Positions 1 to 10,790 of a DNA stretch of 64,000 nucleotides are shown here, one piece after another. The stretch's first letter is position 1, and every line of letters starts with the position of its first letter. The position numbers and the translations under genes were made by a program. The stretch comes from Lama glama. Taxonomy: Eukaryota. The notes under the pieces are model-generated. The model saw only the letters and a list, made by a program, of their open reading frames with translations, searched no databases and was not told the origin of the DNA. Where the stretch lies: contig CM052816.1 of the NCBI GenBank assembly GCA_028534125.1, forward strand, positions 93,250,001-93,314,000, written 5' to 3'.

Positions 1-1267
1 CTGTCTTCTCCAAATTATTTGACACACCACCGCCCATCCCTCTAGTCACACAGCTTAGAAACTCAGAATCAGCTTTGACCAGACCCCTTTCTCTTCTCAC
101 CTTCAGAAAATTTATTGCCAAAGCCAGAAGGAACCTACCTGGTCACTGGCTATTGCAGGTTCACTCCGCAGTCAACCAGCTCACCCAGCGTGGTCAGCAC
201 CTGGAGACCTTGGAACAGGGGTCCTTGCCAGGAGACATCCTCTCATGAATGCTTCCCTGTGCCCTCAGATCAAATGTATAAACATCTCTTTCAGTTAACA
301 TGTCTCTGAAGTTATGATAGAATGAGTTGTCTCATTTTTAAATTAAGATCTTTTTATTACAGGTTTTTATTCTACTCAATTTATTATCAGTCTTTGGGAA
401 TTTCAGTGTCTCTTGAAAGAGAGTTCTTTAGATACCTGAAATTCAAGTGGTTTAATCTATCCAGATTGATCCCTACTTTTATTCACACGTAAAATATTGC
501 AGTTACAATAACATGGTATAAAATATGATTTAGAGATACCTACTAGCGTGGCTATTGATAGAATTAATGACACGTCTGTGCCAAAAATAGCATTCCACAT
601 GTGAATTCAGGCAGAATGTTACAGGCAATGAATGCAGCTAATTTGTTGGTGGTAAAGAGACCTGTGTTTCTATTTCTAGTCCTGCATCAGGGGAAGTAAA
701 AGTGCATGGTAAGGGACAAAAACTTCAGAAAATAACTAGTGTTTTCCTCATTAAAAATGATAAGTGGAGAAAGGCTTCTACAACTTAACCACTCGCAGAA
801 TGTATTTTAAAGTGCTGATGAGGCCATGAGGACATGTATGTAAATAGAAATCCTGTTTTATGATGTGTCTATTGAAAATGTAGCCTAAGGAAAAAAATAG
901 TTGAAACCTGTTAAATTTAATTCCATTAAGGGTTCTAATTGCTTCACAGCTGAACCGGTCATGACTGTATTCGTATGCAGAGGGTGAGTCTACTGACCTC
1001 AGGTGTCTTGAACAGTGTGCCAAGTTAGCTTGATCTTGTAGTCATGGGGTGATTAACTATTCTATCATATCTTCATATCATTAAGGATGAAGAAAAATTT
1101 GAAAACTTAAATGTCAGAACCCAGGGGAAATTGATGTCCTAGGGACTTCTGAATTCTAAGAGTGAAACTGATATTTCATCTTTTTTTTTTTCTTTCTGTG
1201 AACATAAGCCAATTACATAGCAGAATTAAACCTGCCTTAATCCACTGTTTCAATGTATGCCTTTCAG

Positions 1268-1420
1268 GTGTCTTGGGTTTCAAGTACATTGGGTTTCTGG
1301 TTTACTGAACTTATAGAAAGAAACAGCCAGTTCACCTCTTGGGTTTTCAATGGCCGACCCCACTGCTTCTGGATGACAGGCTTTTTCAACCCCCAGGGAT
1401 TTTTAACTGCAATGCGACAG
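1268..1420 (+). CDS. DNAH5: DNAH5 third-last coding exon (153 nt, phase 0/0): [51 protein letters not shown]
   Basis: Acceptor ctttcag at 1261-1267 and donor cag|gtaata at 1421. The translation contains the dynein heavy chain C-terminal motif [18 protein letters not shown]. Confidence 0.96.
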
Positions 1421-1835
1421 GTAATAGCTCTGATTTGCACCTGTTGCGTTACTATAATTTGCCTCTACAAGGCTTTCTTCTTTTATTGTGGTTTTAAAGA
1501 GTATAACAAGACAGAGAATGATCGTCTCTTTTTGTTACCAGCAATTACTTTGTCCTGAATGTAAATCCAGCAACTTGTTTTCAGGCTGCTAGCTTGGATT
1601 TCAAAATATTTGTTCTTTTTATATTTGATTTGATATTTCTTTTAAAAGTACAAGTGGTTAAATTAGGACATGGGTATTGCTTATGAGAGAGTCTTTTAAA
1701 ACTTTAAATATACTATCCTATTTCCTTTGAATTTGGATAATTTGGGGCTGCACTGTCATCAGAGTTATGCTCCTTCTATTAAGACAAATCTCTAGTCGCT
1801 GGTTTAATCCTTTGCTTTGGTCTTGCCCTGAGTAG

Positions 1836-2067
1836 GAAATAACTCGGGCTAACAAAGGCTGGGCCCTGGACAATACGGTGCTTTGCAACGAAGTCACCAA
1901 GTGGATGAAGGATGACATTTCTGCCCCTCCCACAGAGGGTGTCTACGTCTACGGCTTGTATCTTGAAGGTGCTGGCTGGGACAAAAGAAACATGAAACTC
2001 ACTGAGTCCAAACCAAAAGTGCTCTTTGAGTTAATGCCTGTCATAAGGATTTATGCCGAAAACAACA
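1836..2067 (+). CDS. DNAH5: DNAH5 penultimate coding exon (232 nt): [77 protein letters not shown]
   Basis: Acceptor tag at 1833-1835 and donor a|gtaagt at 2068. In frame with the previous exon; contains the dynein motif [15 protein letters not shown]. Confidence 0.96.
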
Positions 2068-3621
2068 GTAAGTGATCTTGTATGTTCAGGGATGGTTCAT
2101 ATTATCGGGTTGGGTGACATTATAAACACAGGATCTTGTTACTTTTGTTATCATGTGATAAGGGTTCTACTGTTTTATCAACTGGCTTCACATTCATGTC
2201 TGTGTTTACTGAGTGCCTACTGACCACAAGGGCCTTTCTTGAGTGCTACTGGGAGGCACTGGTTCCAGATAGTTCTTGCCTATCTAATATATATGGATAT
2301 TCATGAAGTGTTAGCTGATGAGACAAGAAACAAGTGTTTGGAATAGCTAGTGAGTGGTGAGAAAGGAGGGTGAGGTAACAGTGGCATCAAGTCATCAGGG
2401 GCACTTGGGCCTGGATGGGCTTGGAAGGATGGATGTGATGAAGATGGCAAGTGGTAGAAAGAAGGCTTTCCAGGCAGCACTGCACAGGACTGCTGGAGGT
2501 GAGTGGCTCCAATGGCTTGGAGATTTAAGCCAGGTTATGAAATCCAGACTGAGTTCAGGGGCATTCAGCTTCACCCAGGAGCCAATGGTAAAATGCTGGG
2601 TTCGCGTTATAGCCTGTGAATGTGATAACGCTTCTGTGAAGTACACATGTCAAAGCAGAATACTTTGACAAAGTTATCAAAGCTCTATTCAACAAACCTA
2701 GAAATTCTTAAACTATTTTCCATTGTTGGTTTGATGTTTTCTAGAGGCTTTCGTTGTTTGCATTTCGCTCAGCTAACAACTCCTCCGCAGTAACCACTGT
2801 TCAGCACATGAGAAGATTCTCTGTTCATTTCACTTTAAAAAAATGTATTTACTTTTCTTTTTAAAGAAAAATCACATACACTTAAGGTGTACAACATGGT
2901 AATTTGATATGCATATACATAGTGAGATGATCGCCGTAAGCCATCAGCTCAGGAGGTGTCCATGACAGTGTATCCCAAGGAAGTACTAATTTTACAACAG
3001 AAACACAAAATATTTTTCTTTAAACAAGGGCTAAAATAGTATTTCTTTAAGAGATAGCTTTTAATATCTCCATCCCTTAGATAAATGTCACATTTGTAAA
3101 TGTGTCAAGGGAAGAGAGTTTATAAACTTTGGGTATTTATTTTTTAAGCACGTACTTGCTGGATGCCTAATATATCTCAACCACAACCTTAGGTATAAGA
3201 GACAAAGATAATTGTGAACCAGGTCATGCCCACAAAGGACTCACTGTCTCCTGAGGGAAACTGATAAGTAAGTGAATAATTTAAATAGAATATGATACCT
3301 GCTGTGATAAAGACACTCTCAGGATGCTTACTTAGGCCATTTGGAAGAAGAGCATAACCAGGCCTAGGAGGCTGGTGGCGACTGCCTCTGGGATGTGCTT
3401 TGGAGGAGAAGAATGGGCATGATGGGGCGTTAGAGTTAGACTTTTCTTGGAGGAGGAACTAGCTTCAGCTCACTAGGTCATCCAATGAACACGTGTCTGG
3501 TATTGACCATCTGACACACATGACTCTGTTTCTGGGGATGCAGCAATGAGAAAAGGCCAGGCAGGACCCCTGTTTGCATGGAGCACAAAGAGGGCAGGGT
3601 AGCCAAAAAAGAAAGCAAATG

Positions 3622-3816
3622 TAGTCAATCCTTTTTACTCAAGGATTCTGTATTTATGAATTCGCCCACGTGCTAAAATTTATTTGTAATCCTAGATCGA
3701 TGTTTGTGGCACTTTCATGGTCATTCACAGACATGGACAAAGCAGCAAACAATTTGAGCCTCCCAACATGTGTGCTCCCAGCTGAGGCTGAACCAACCTG
3801 TGCTCTGTCTTTTAGT
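3622..3816 (+). mobile_element. TcMar-Tigger DNA transposon fossil (MER82-like), cut by the assembly gap
   Basis: gattctgtatttatgaattcgcccacgtgctaaaatttatttgtaatcc...cccagctgaggctgaac resembles the recalled MER82 left end. Confidence 0.65.
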
Positions 3817-4316
3817 NNNNNNNNNNNNNNNNNNNNNNNNNNNNNNNNNNNNNNNNNNNNNNNNNNNNNNNNNNNNNNNNNNNNNNNNNNNNNNNNNNNN
3901 NNNNNNNNNNNNNNNNNNNNNNNNNNNNNNNNNNNNNNNNNNNNNNNNNNNNNNNNNNNNNNNNNNNNNNNNNNNNNNNNNNNNNNNNNNNNNNNNNNNN
4001 NNNNNNNNNNNNNNNNNNNNNNNNNNNNNNNNNNNNNNNNNNNNNNNNNNNNNNNNNNNNNNNNNNNNNNNNNNNNNNNNNNNNNNNNNNNNNNNNNNNN
4101 NNNNNNNNNNNNNNNNNNNNNNNNNNNNNNNNNNNNNNNNNNNNNNNNNNNNNNNNNNNNNNNNNNNNNNNNNNNNNNNNNNNNNNNNNNNNNNNNNNNN
4201 NNNNNNNNNNNNNNNNNNNNNNNNNNNNNNNNNNNNNNNNNNNNNNNNNNNNNNNNNNNNNNNNNNNNNNNNNNNNNNNNNNNNNNNNNNNNNNNNNNNN
4301 NNNNNNNNNNNNNNNN
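3817..4316. other. Assembly gap (500 N) in the last DNAH5 intron
   Basis: Run of exactly 500 N. Confidence 0.99.
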
Positions 4317-5344
4317 CTTTATTCATTTTTTGATTTCAATAGAAGTTGGTGGAAACTTTTTGCCAAATAGCTTTGTGGTTGGAGCAGGTGTTTTGTTAGT
4401 GACGGAAAACTAACATTCCATTGCTCTTTGCATCCTGTAAATTTAATTTTCATTCAACTTTTATGATTAAATAGGGCTCTAATTGAGAGAAAGAGATATA
4501 TATGTTGTTATCAACTAAAGTAAAGTTATAGTGTTTTAAAATTAAAATTCTTATGGTGAATTATTTTTTGTGTTAAGGTGAAGGGCAATTTCAGTTTAAA
4601 TAATTCACTGTTGAATTTTACATACAGGACTGGTTTATTTGTTTTCAAAAGGAAGTCTGGATATTTATTTCAGCTCTAAAAAATTGAGTGATATATCCCC
4701 AAATGTTTATTTTATTTATGCTTCTTGTTAGGTTGTCATGGAGAGTCACCCAAATAGTACGAAATTCTCTAAGAGGGTAAAGCCATCTACTCTAGATCCT
4801 GTGTTCTCAAAGGAAGTTAAGAGAAAGAGGCAGCTATAGGAAAGATACATCTCGTTACAGATTTAGTCTATGGAGAGAATGATGCTTCTAATAACTTTAC
4901 AGCGCTGTAGCCCATGTGATGAGAAGCCAGTGATTAGAACCTTTAGGGCAACAAAGCAAGACTTAAGTGTACCTCTGGTTGCCAAGTAGGATGAGAAGGA
5001 TCTCAGGGTCCCTACAGCTAATGAGAATATTTCCTGCAGGAGAAAAGATGTTTCTAAGAATGCCCTGTGACCCACCCTAATCCAGCACTGTGCAGATGTG
5101 GGGCTGGGAGTGGGAATAGGTCGGTGCAGTGACCTGGGGCTGGAGCTCTCCTGACTCCTGAGTCCCACAGCATTTCATCCACTTTGAGTTTGTAAACCTG
5201 GAACTCTGTTAACAAAGTCATGGGGAACCTGAGTCTGGGCAGTTTGTTTTAGTGAAAAGGTAAGTGGTCTGTGCACATGTGCACGTGTGTGTGAGTTTGT
5301 GTGTATAGTGAGAGAGAGAGGAGAAATCTAACACATCTCGGGTA

Positions 5345-5520
5345 TCTACTGCATTCTAGGCAGTATACTATGTCAGGCATTCATATGTTTTAACTTACTT
5401 AATCTTTACAACAGCTCTGTAAAATATAGCATGCCTATTTTGCAGGTGGGGAAATCAGGGTTTAGAGATGTTGTGTACTTTGCCTATGATTCCTGGCTGC
5501 CGAAGCTGGTATCAGAATCA
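5345..5520 (-). mobile_element. MIR SINE fragment
   Basis: ttaatctttacaacagctctg...cctattttgcaggtggggaaatcagggtttagagatg matches the MIR core. Confidence 0.6.
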
Positions 5521-6011
5521 CCTTTGTCTGCTGTGGGATGAATGCAGGCTGCTGGGAGTTCCCGTGGTAGTGTTCAACTCAGGACTATGCGTTTAGGGAC
5601 AAGCTTGAAAATAAAGGCTAAATTGAAAATGAGGACAGCTCCTTTGCATTTTGGAGTCATGGATTTATTTTTCTCAGGTGCATGGTGAAGTAGACACAGT
5701 AAAGGCCTCTGCCCTGTGTGGATGAGGGCTGTTGCTCCCGATGGCTTCCTCCCCCATGCTGCAGGTTAAAGATGGTTACTCCCTGCCCACCAGGGAGGCA
5801 CATGGGCTCCGGTAAAAGGCAGTGAGCTAGGAGCCTGGGCATCTGGGGTGCTCTCCTGGCTTTATCACCCTAGCAGGTAATCACGTGGCTTTGAAGGGGT
5901 CTCAACTGTGCCACAAGTTGAAGTCAGTCATCTAGGTTTCTCCAGTTCATGTTACATCTTTCTGCAAAGACACAGAGGCACGTACACATAGTACGTCCCA
6001 GCTGTTGCTGA

Positions 6012-6230
6012 GATTAAGAGCAGACGCTCTGGACCCATTCTGGGCGGGTGTGACTCATCCCCTACAGCTCTGCAACCCTGGCTAAGTAACCCACCTCCTT
6101 GTGTTCTTCCAGTTTCCTCATCTGTAAAATGGGTTTAATCACGATACCCATCTCATTGGGTTGTTGAGAGAATTAAACTGAACAATATCTAGCACGTAAT
6201 TAGCATACACTAAATAATTTTATTAGTATT
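6012..6230 (+). mobile_element. MIR SINE
   Basis: cagtttcctcatctgtaaaatggg...gggttgttgagagaattaaa matches the MIR core. Confidence 0.75.
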
Positions 6231-7316
6231 ACTACTAATATGATAACCCACATGCATGTTGAAGGATTAAAAAATATCACATGTAAGCATGTGCTATTTA
6301 ATAACTTCAATGTTATTAGCAAAAAAGGGGTTAAATAAAGGGATGGTTTAAAGAGCATAGAGGGGATCTGTATGTAACTTGATTATTTTGGATATTGGAA
6401 GACATATATGATGTAATGATACACTGACATTTGGATGAAAAATGTAGGCTGGAGAAGGAAGTTACATAGTCAGAAAATGGAATTTCCTCGAGGTGTTTTT
6501 TTAAGGAACCTCAGCCTCCTAAAGCAGATAGCTCATCAGTTTAGACAACCTCTTCTCTCGGGGGCCCTATGGCTTTAAACCTGTTTAGTTGATTTGTTCT
6601 TCCTACCTAGCATGTTTATTTTTGTCTTTAAAGTTATTTGTCTAACCAGGGGTAATGGTTTCAGATGATCTGTTTCTGTGGCTTTTTAGTGTTTGTCAGC
6701 ACTTCCGCTATGAAATTATATTTGTAGTGCATGCAGGAGGCTGCTGCATGCTGCGGCGTGGTGTGGGTGCCTTCCGTTCGGAAACAATTAAAATTCAATA
6801 AAATTGGATAAATATTTCAGAGAATTGCTTTTTTTAACCTACTTATTCAAAAGAATGTTATTTTTTCCAACTTTATTTTTCTTTTGAGATTAAAACCAAG
6901 GAATCAGATGCTTCCCAAGGTGCAATTATTAAAATTATCCTTTGATTCAAAAGTAAGACTCTAATGGCTTGCTTCAAGATTTAGAAAATGACCGTTTGTC
7001 AAATGTGCATTGAAGAACAATTAGTTAAATATTTGTTATATGTTCAGATCCTAGGATTAAAAGGTTTAAATGTATCAGTTAATATAGTTAGTATTAACTG
7101 CACTCCACAAATTCCCTGTCATTCACTTAATCAGAATTTTCATATATTTGCATAATTATTATTACCAATGATATTCTCATAGTAATTAAAAAATTTGCCT
7201 AGACTTCAAAATTAGGTGTTACATTAATTTAGATGGTTTCTGATGATTAATTTCAAGGGATTAAGCAAATACATGGTTTTAAAGTACTATAAAATATCTG
7301 TGACCTTGTTTTAGAA

Positions 7317-7517
7317 GAGGGATTCCCAACCTTGGTGTTATTGACATTTTTGACCCAGATAACTCTTGCCGTCCTGTGCATCACAGGATGTTAGCAGCAT
7401 CCATGGCTTCTACCTACTGATGCCAGTGGTACCTTCCCAGGTGTGATAACCAAAAATGTCTCTAGATATGGGCAAATATCCCCTGGGGTAAAAATTCCAC
7501 CTGGTTAAGAATCACAG
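7317..7517 (+). mobile_element. MER20 (hAT-Charlie) non-autonomous DNA transposon
   Basis: Body ggatgttagcagcatccatggcttctacc...aaccaaaaatgtctctaga; degenerate terminal inverted repeats; 8-bp TSD ttttagaa (7309-7316) / ctttagaa (7518-7525). Confidence 0.85.
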
Positions 7518-8011
7518 CTTTAGAATATTTATTTTATATCAAAACTTTGTATAATGTTACATATTCAAATGTTTGCTTTCTTCCAATAAATTTAATTAAA
7601 TTTATAGTGGAGGTATAAAAACACATGGGTCAAAACATGGGACTGTAACTTCTGATAGTGCCTTGCTTTTGTAATGTATTAGGAAAAGCTAAATTATTGA
7701 GCAAGCTAGTTTTGGGAAATAAATCCAGTATCATTAATATATTAATATTGCACTTAGAAAGTTACTGTTTTCCTGTCACAGTGCCCATGTTTGTAACATT
7801 AATTCATCACAGCAAAGTTACCCACTTAGTTAAATGTGTTTTTGTCTCAATAGTTATGTGAGGGCCATTTATAATACTGGCCTTCCAGAGGAGTGCATGG
7901 ATGAGTGCAGACATAACTTTTGTTCTGAAATAATTTATAGTCTGGGAGAGAAGAGGAGATAATATACTGCTTCCTGAGATGGATGTTCTGAGATGTGCAA
8001 ATAAACGACCA

Positions 8012-8185
8012 TGGGTAGAGTGGATTTAACAAGAAGCTGGTGAAGCTTAAACTCCAAGGCTGCTCAGTGCAGAGGCTCCTTCCAAAACTTATTTTGTGTT
8101 TGCAAACTGCACTCTGTTTTTGGGAAGAAGTCCCTTCCTCAAACTGTATAAGTTTGAGGCCCTACAAGACTTGCATTTGTCCTCG
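8012..8185 (+). mobile_element. MER53-like hAT MITE
   Basis: ggatttaacaagaagctggtgaagcttaaactcc...aaactgtataagtttgaggccctacaaga resembles the recalled MER53 consensus. Confidence 0.55.
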
Positions 8186-8959
8186 ACATGGGGTTTCCAA
8201 GGCTGGAGAGAATGTATTAGAGAGGATCTTTGAAGGATGGACACACAGATTGTCTTTCATTGCATATGTGATTTGGGGGACTCCATCTATTTCATCTAAA
8301 AAGCAGATTGAGTCTTAGAGAGCTCAGCTGTGCCATGACTCCCTTCTTCTCAGCCATTTTTATTCCTCTGCATGCGTGGAGAACTCATAATACTTGGTAG
8401 GGGTGGGGAGCATCCTTGTCCTGGGATTTCAGATGTGGTTTGAACTGTGGCACAGAGGGTTGAAGGCAGGATTTTGAAGTCAGAATAATAGTGAAATAAT
8501 ACTTAACATTGGTGGTGGATGTCTGATTAAAAGGAACAGGTATCTTGTGCCAAAGGCAAGCCATAAGGGAAAAATAGAGAGGGTGTGTGAGCACAGGATA
8601 CGGTAGGGAAGTACAGGAGAGAGGGTGAAGGGGGAGAGTGGAATTGACAGGTGGAAAGCAGAGTGAGGAAGCAATGGGAAGTCCATGGTTGTGTCACGTG
8701 GGCAGGGCGTACTGTCAAGCACATGGGACCAAAGGTGAGTTGAGTAAACCTGAGGACACCTGGGTGTCTTGTCACACCCACTGGAAGTGTGTGGTGTGTC
8801 TGGGATTACCTGACCTCGGGAAGAGTTTCCCTCATTCTACGAAGCCCATCTCTCTTGGGAATGACCTTCAGCTTGCACAAATTTGGCTCTATGTGTGCTC
8901 TGTTTGGGGCTGCTCAAATTAGAAATTCACCAAGCTTTTTTTAAATGAATTTTTTGTAG

Positions 8960-9111
8960 CTGCAAGAGATCCTCGGTTGTACTCCTGCCCCATCTACAAG
9001 AAGCCAGTCCGAACAGACCTGAATTACATCGCTGCTGTGGACCTCAGGACGACCCAGGTCCCTGAACACTGGGTGCTCCGTGGGGTTGCCCTTCTCTGTG
9101 ATGTCAAGTAA
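8960..9111 (+). CDS. DNAH5: DNAH5 terminal coding exon: (T)[49 protein letters not shown]
   Basis: Acceptor ttttttgtag ending at 8959; phase 1 matches the previous exon; stop TAA at 9109-9111. The ending [14 protein letters not shown] matches DNAH5 as I recall it (DNAH8 ends in CDIK). Missing from the ORF track. Confidence 0.95.
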
Positions 9112-10790
9112 CGTGGAGCGTGGCCCTTACCCGATAAATGGAGGCTCCAAAGCATCATCGCCTTGGTTCTTCTGTGAGTGCTGGACAACGTGTAAATCAG
9201 GTTGACTGTGCAGTGAATGAGCTACACTGGTTTTCCTTACTCCGTAGTTGGACGCTTGGTTACATTTAGCCTGTTTCATCACTAATGACCAATCGCTGTG
9301 TGTTTGGAAAAGTTTATTTGGTGATTTAGAAGTAAAATTTACAACTTTCTGATAAAGCATGGCCCTCAAGTCCACAGTAATACATTTTCTTCTTCCTTCA
9401 ACTCCAAGGACTGACTAGGCTAAGCAGATGGTCCTTCCCTGGAAGGGGTTCTTCTTGTTAATGTGGTTCTGGTGAACGGCTGGCTCTCTAAGGTAACACG
9501 ACACGTTTGTGCTGATTTTGCCTCTATTGCCTTTTGCATTTAGGTCAGGTAAGAGATTTGTTTTTATGGCTCAAACAGCCAATTAAACAGACGTTTTAAA
9601 AAATGGAAGGAAATAGAAGGTTGAGTTAAAAATGTGAATAGATGAATAGGCAACCCTATAATCTTATAGAATAAACAAATAGAATAGTGCTCAGCCCCCT
9701 GATAATGAATAATGAGATACTAACTGATATTTCTTGTAATAAAAATAAATCTGAAAGTGAATTGCAGTGAGGTCTTAGAGCAATGTGAACCGACCCATTC
9801 TTTCTGTAAAATGATTCAATAATCAAGCACAGAATGAATCAGAAAAACGTTGACATGCTTTGATCCTCATTTTCTCTCCTGGAAACCTAGACCAAGGAAA
9901 CAATTTAAAAGACTGACCACAATTTTTTTTGACAATTATATATAAAAATGCATTTAATAATGGGAAAAATATAAATGCCCCGAAAGTTCAAAAGTAAATC
10001 TGTGATTAAGGAAGTTAGACGACATTAGGCAGCCACGAAAAATGATAGTGAAGATTTCATAACGCGGAAATGGTGAGCACATACTAAGTGAAAGGTACCG
10101 TTCACAGACTAGCGCACGTGCTGTGGTGATGCCTGTAAGATATATTTGGTGTGGACAAAGATGAGAAGATAACAAGGGAAAATAAAAACAGGTATGATTA
10201 AATGGTAAAGGTTTCCATTGACTTGAAAAAATGTAATGATTGGGAGGAAAAAAGGGGAAGAATAAATCTGGATAGTGGGTGGGAACTTCACATGGCCTTT
10301 GATTAATTAAGAAAATACTGTTGAAGAAACTTTTCATATATTTGTGTTTTAAATTCTGGTTATAAATTATAAACTGTTTCATCTAGAACCTCTTGACTAG
10401 GAAACTTGGTCAGTATTGACTTAGAATTGTGGCTTCCAGATGTTTGGTTAACTTCAGCTCCACATAACTTCATACTTCTGGTGATAAAGGGTTTTATAAG
10501 AAGGAAGGGTTGCAGGGAGACTGGTGTGGGTACCTTGCATGAGGATTTGCTCTTCGGCAGGTTTCATTTTATGCTAATTATGATGAGAATTAAGTCTGGA
10601 TGATCCATGGGACACCTACCCATCTTGGATAATGCTATTTTCATTTGAGCAGCTGCTTTGTGTCTGAATTAATATATCAGTTGATTTGTGTGAATTGCGG
10701 TCAAAATAATCATTTTCTTTTGAAGAATAAATAATGAAAATGTAAAAATAATGAAGATTAATAAAAAGTTGTTCATGGATGTCTGAATTG
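9112..10790 (+). other. DNAH5: Probable DNAH5 3' UTR with several AATAAA signals; end uncertain
   Basis: AATAAA at 9670, 9738, 9744, 10181, 10261, 10726 and 10760. The last is followed by GT/T-rich sequence. Confidence 0.55.

Noticed and set aside
1253..1558. ORF-track ORFs 1253-1558 and 1878-2075 as standalone genes
   Set aside because: They are DNAH5 exons read through into intron sequence; splice sites define the real boundaries.
3670..4413. Long ORFs of 187-247 aa
   Set aside because: Artefacts of the 500-N gap.
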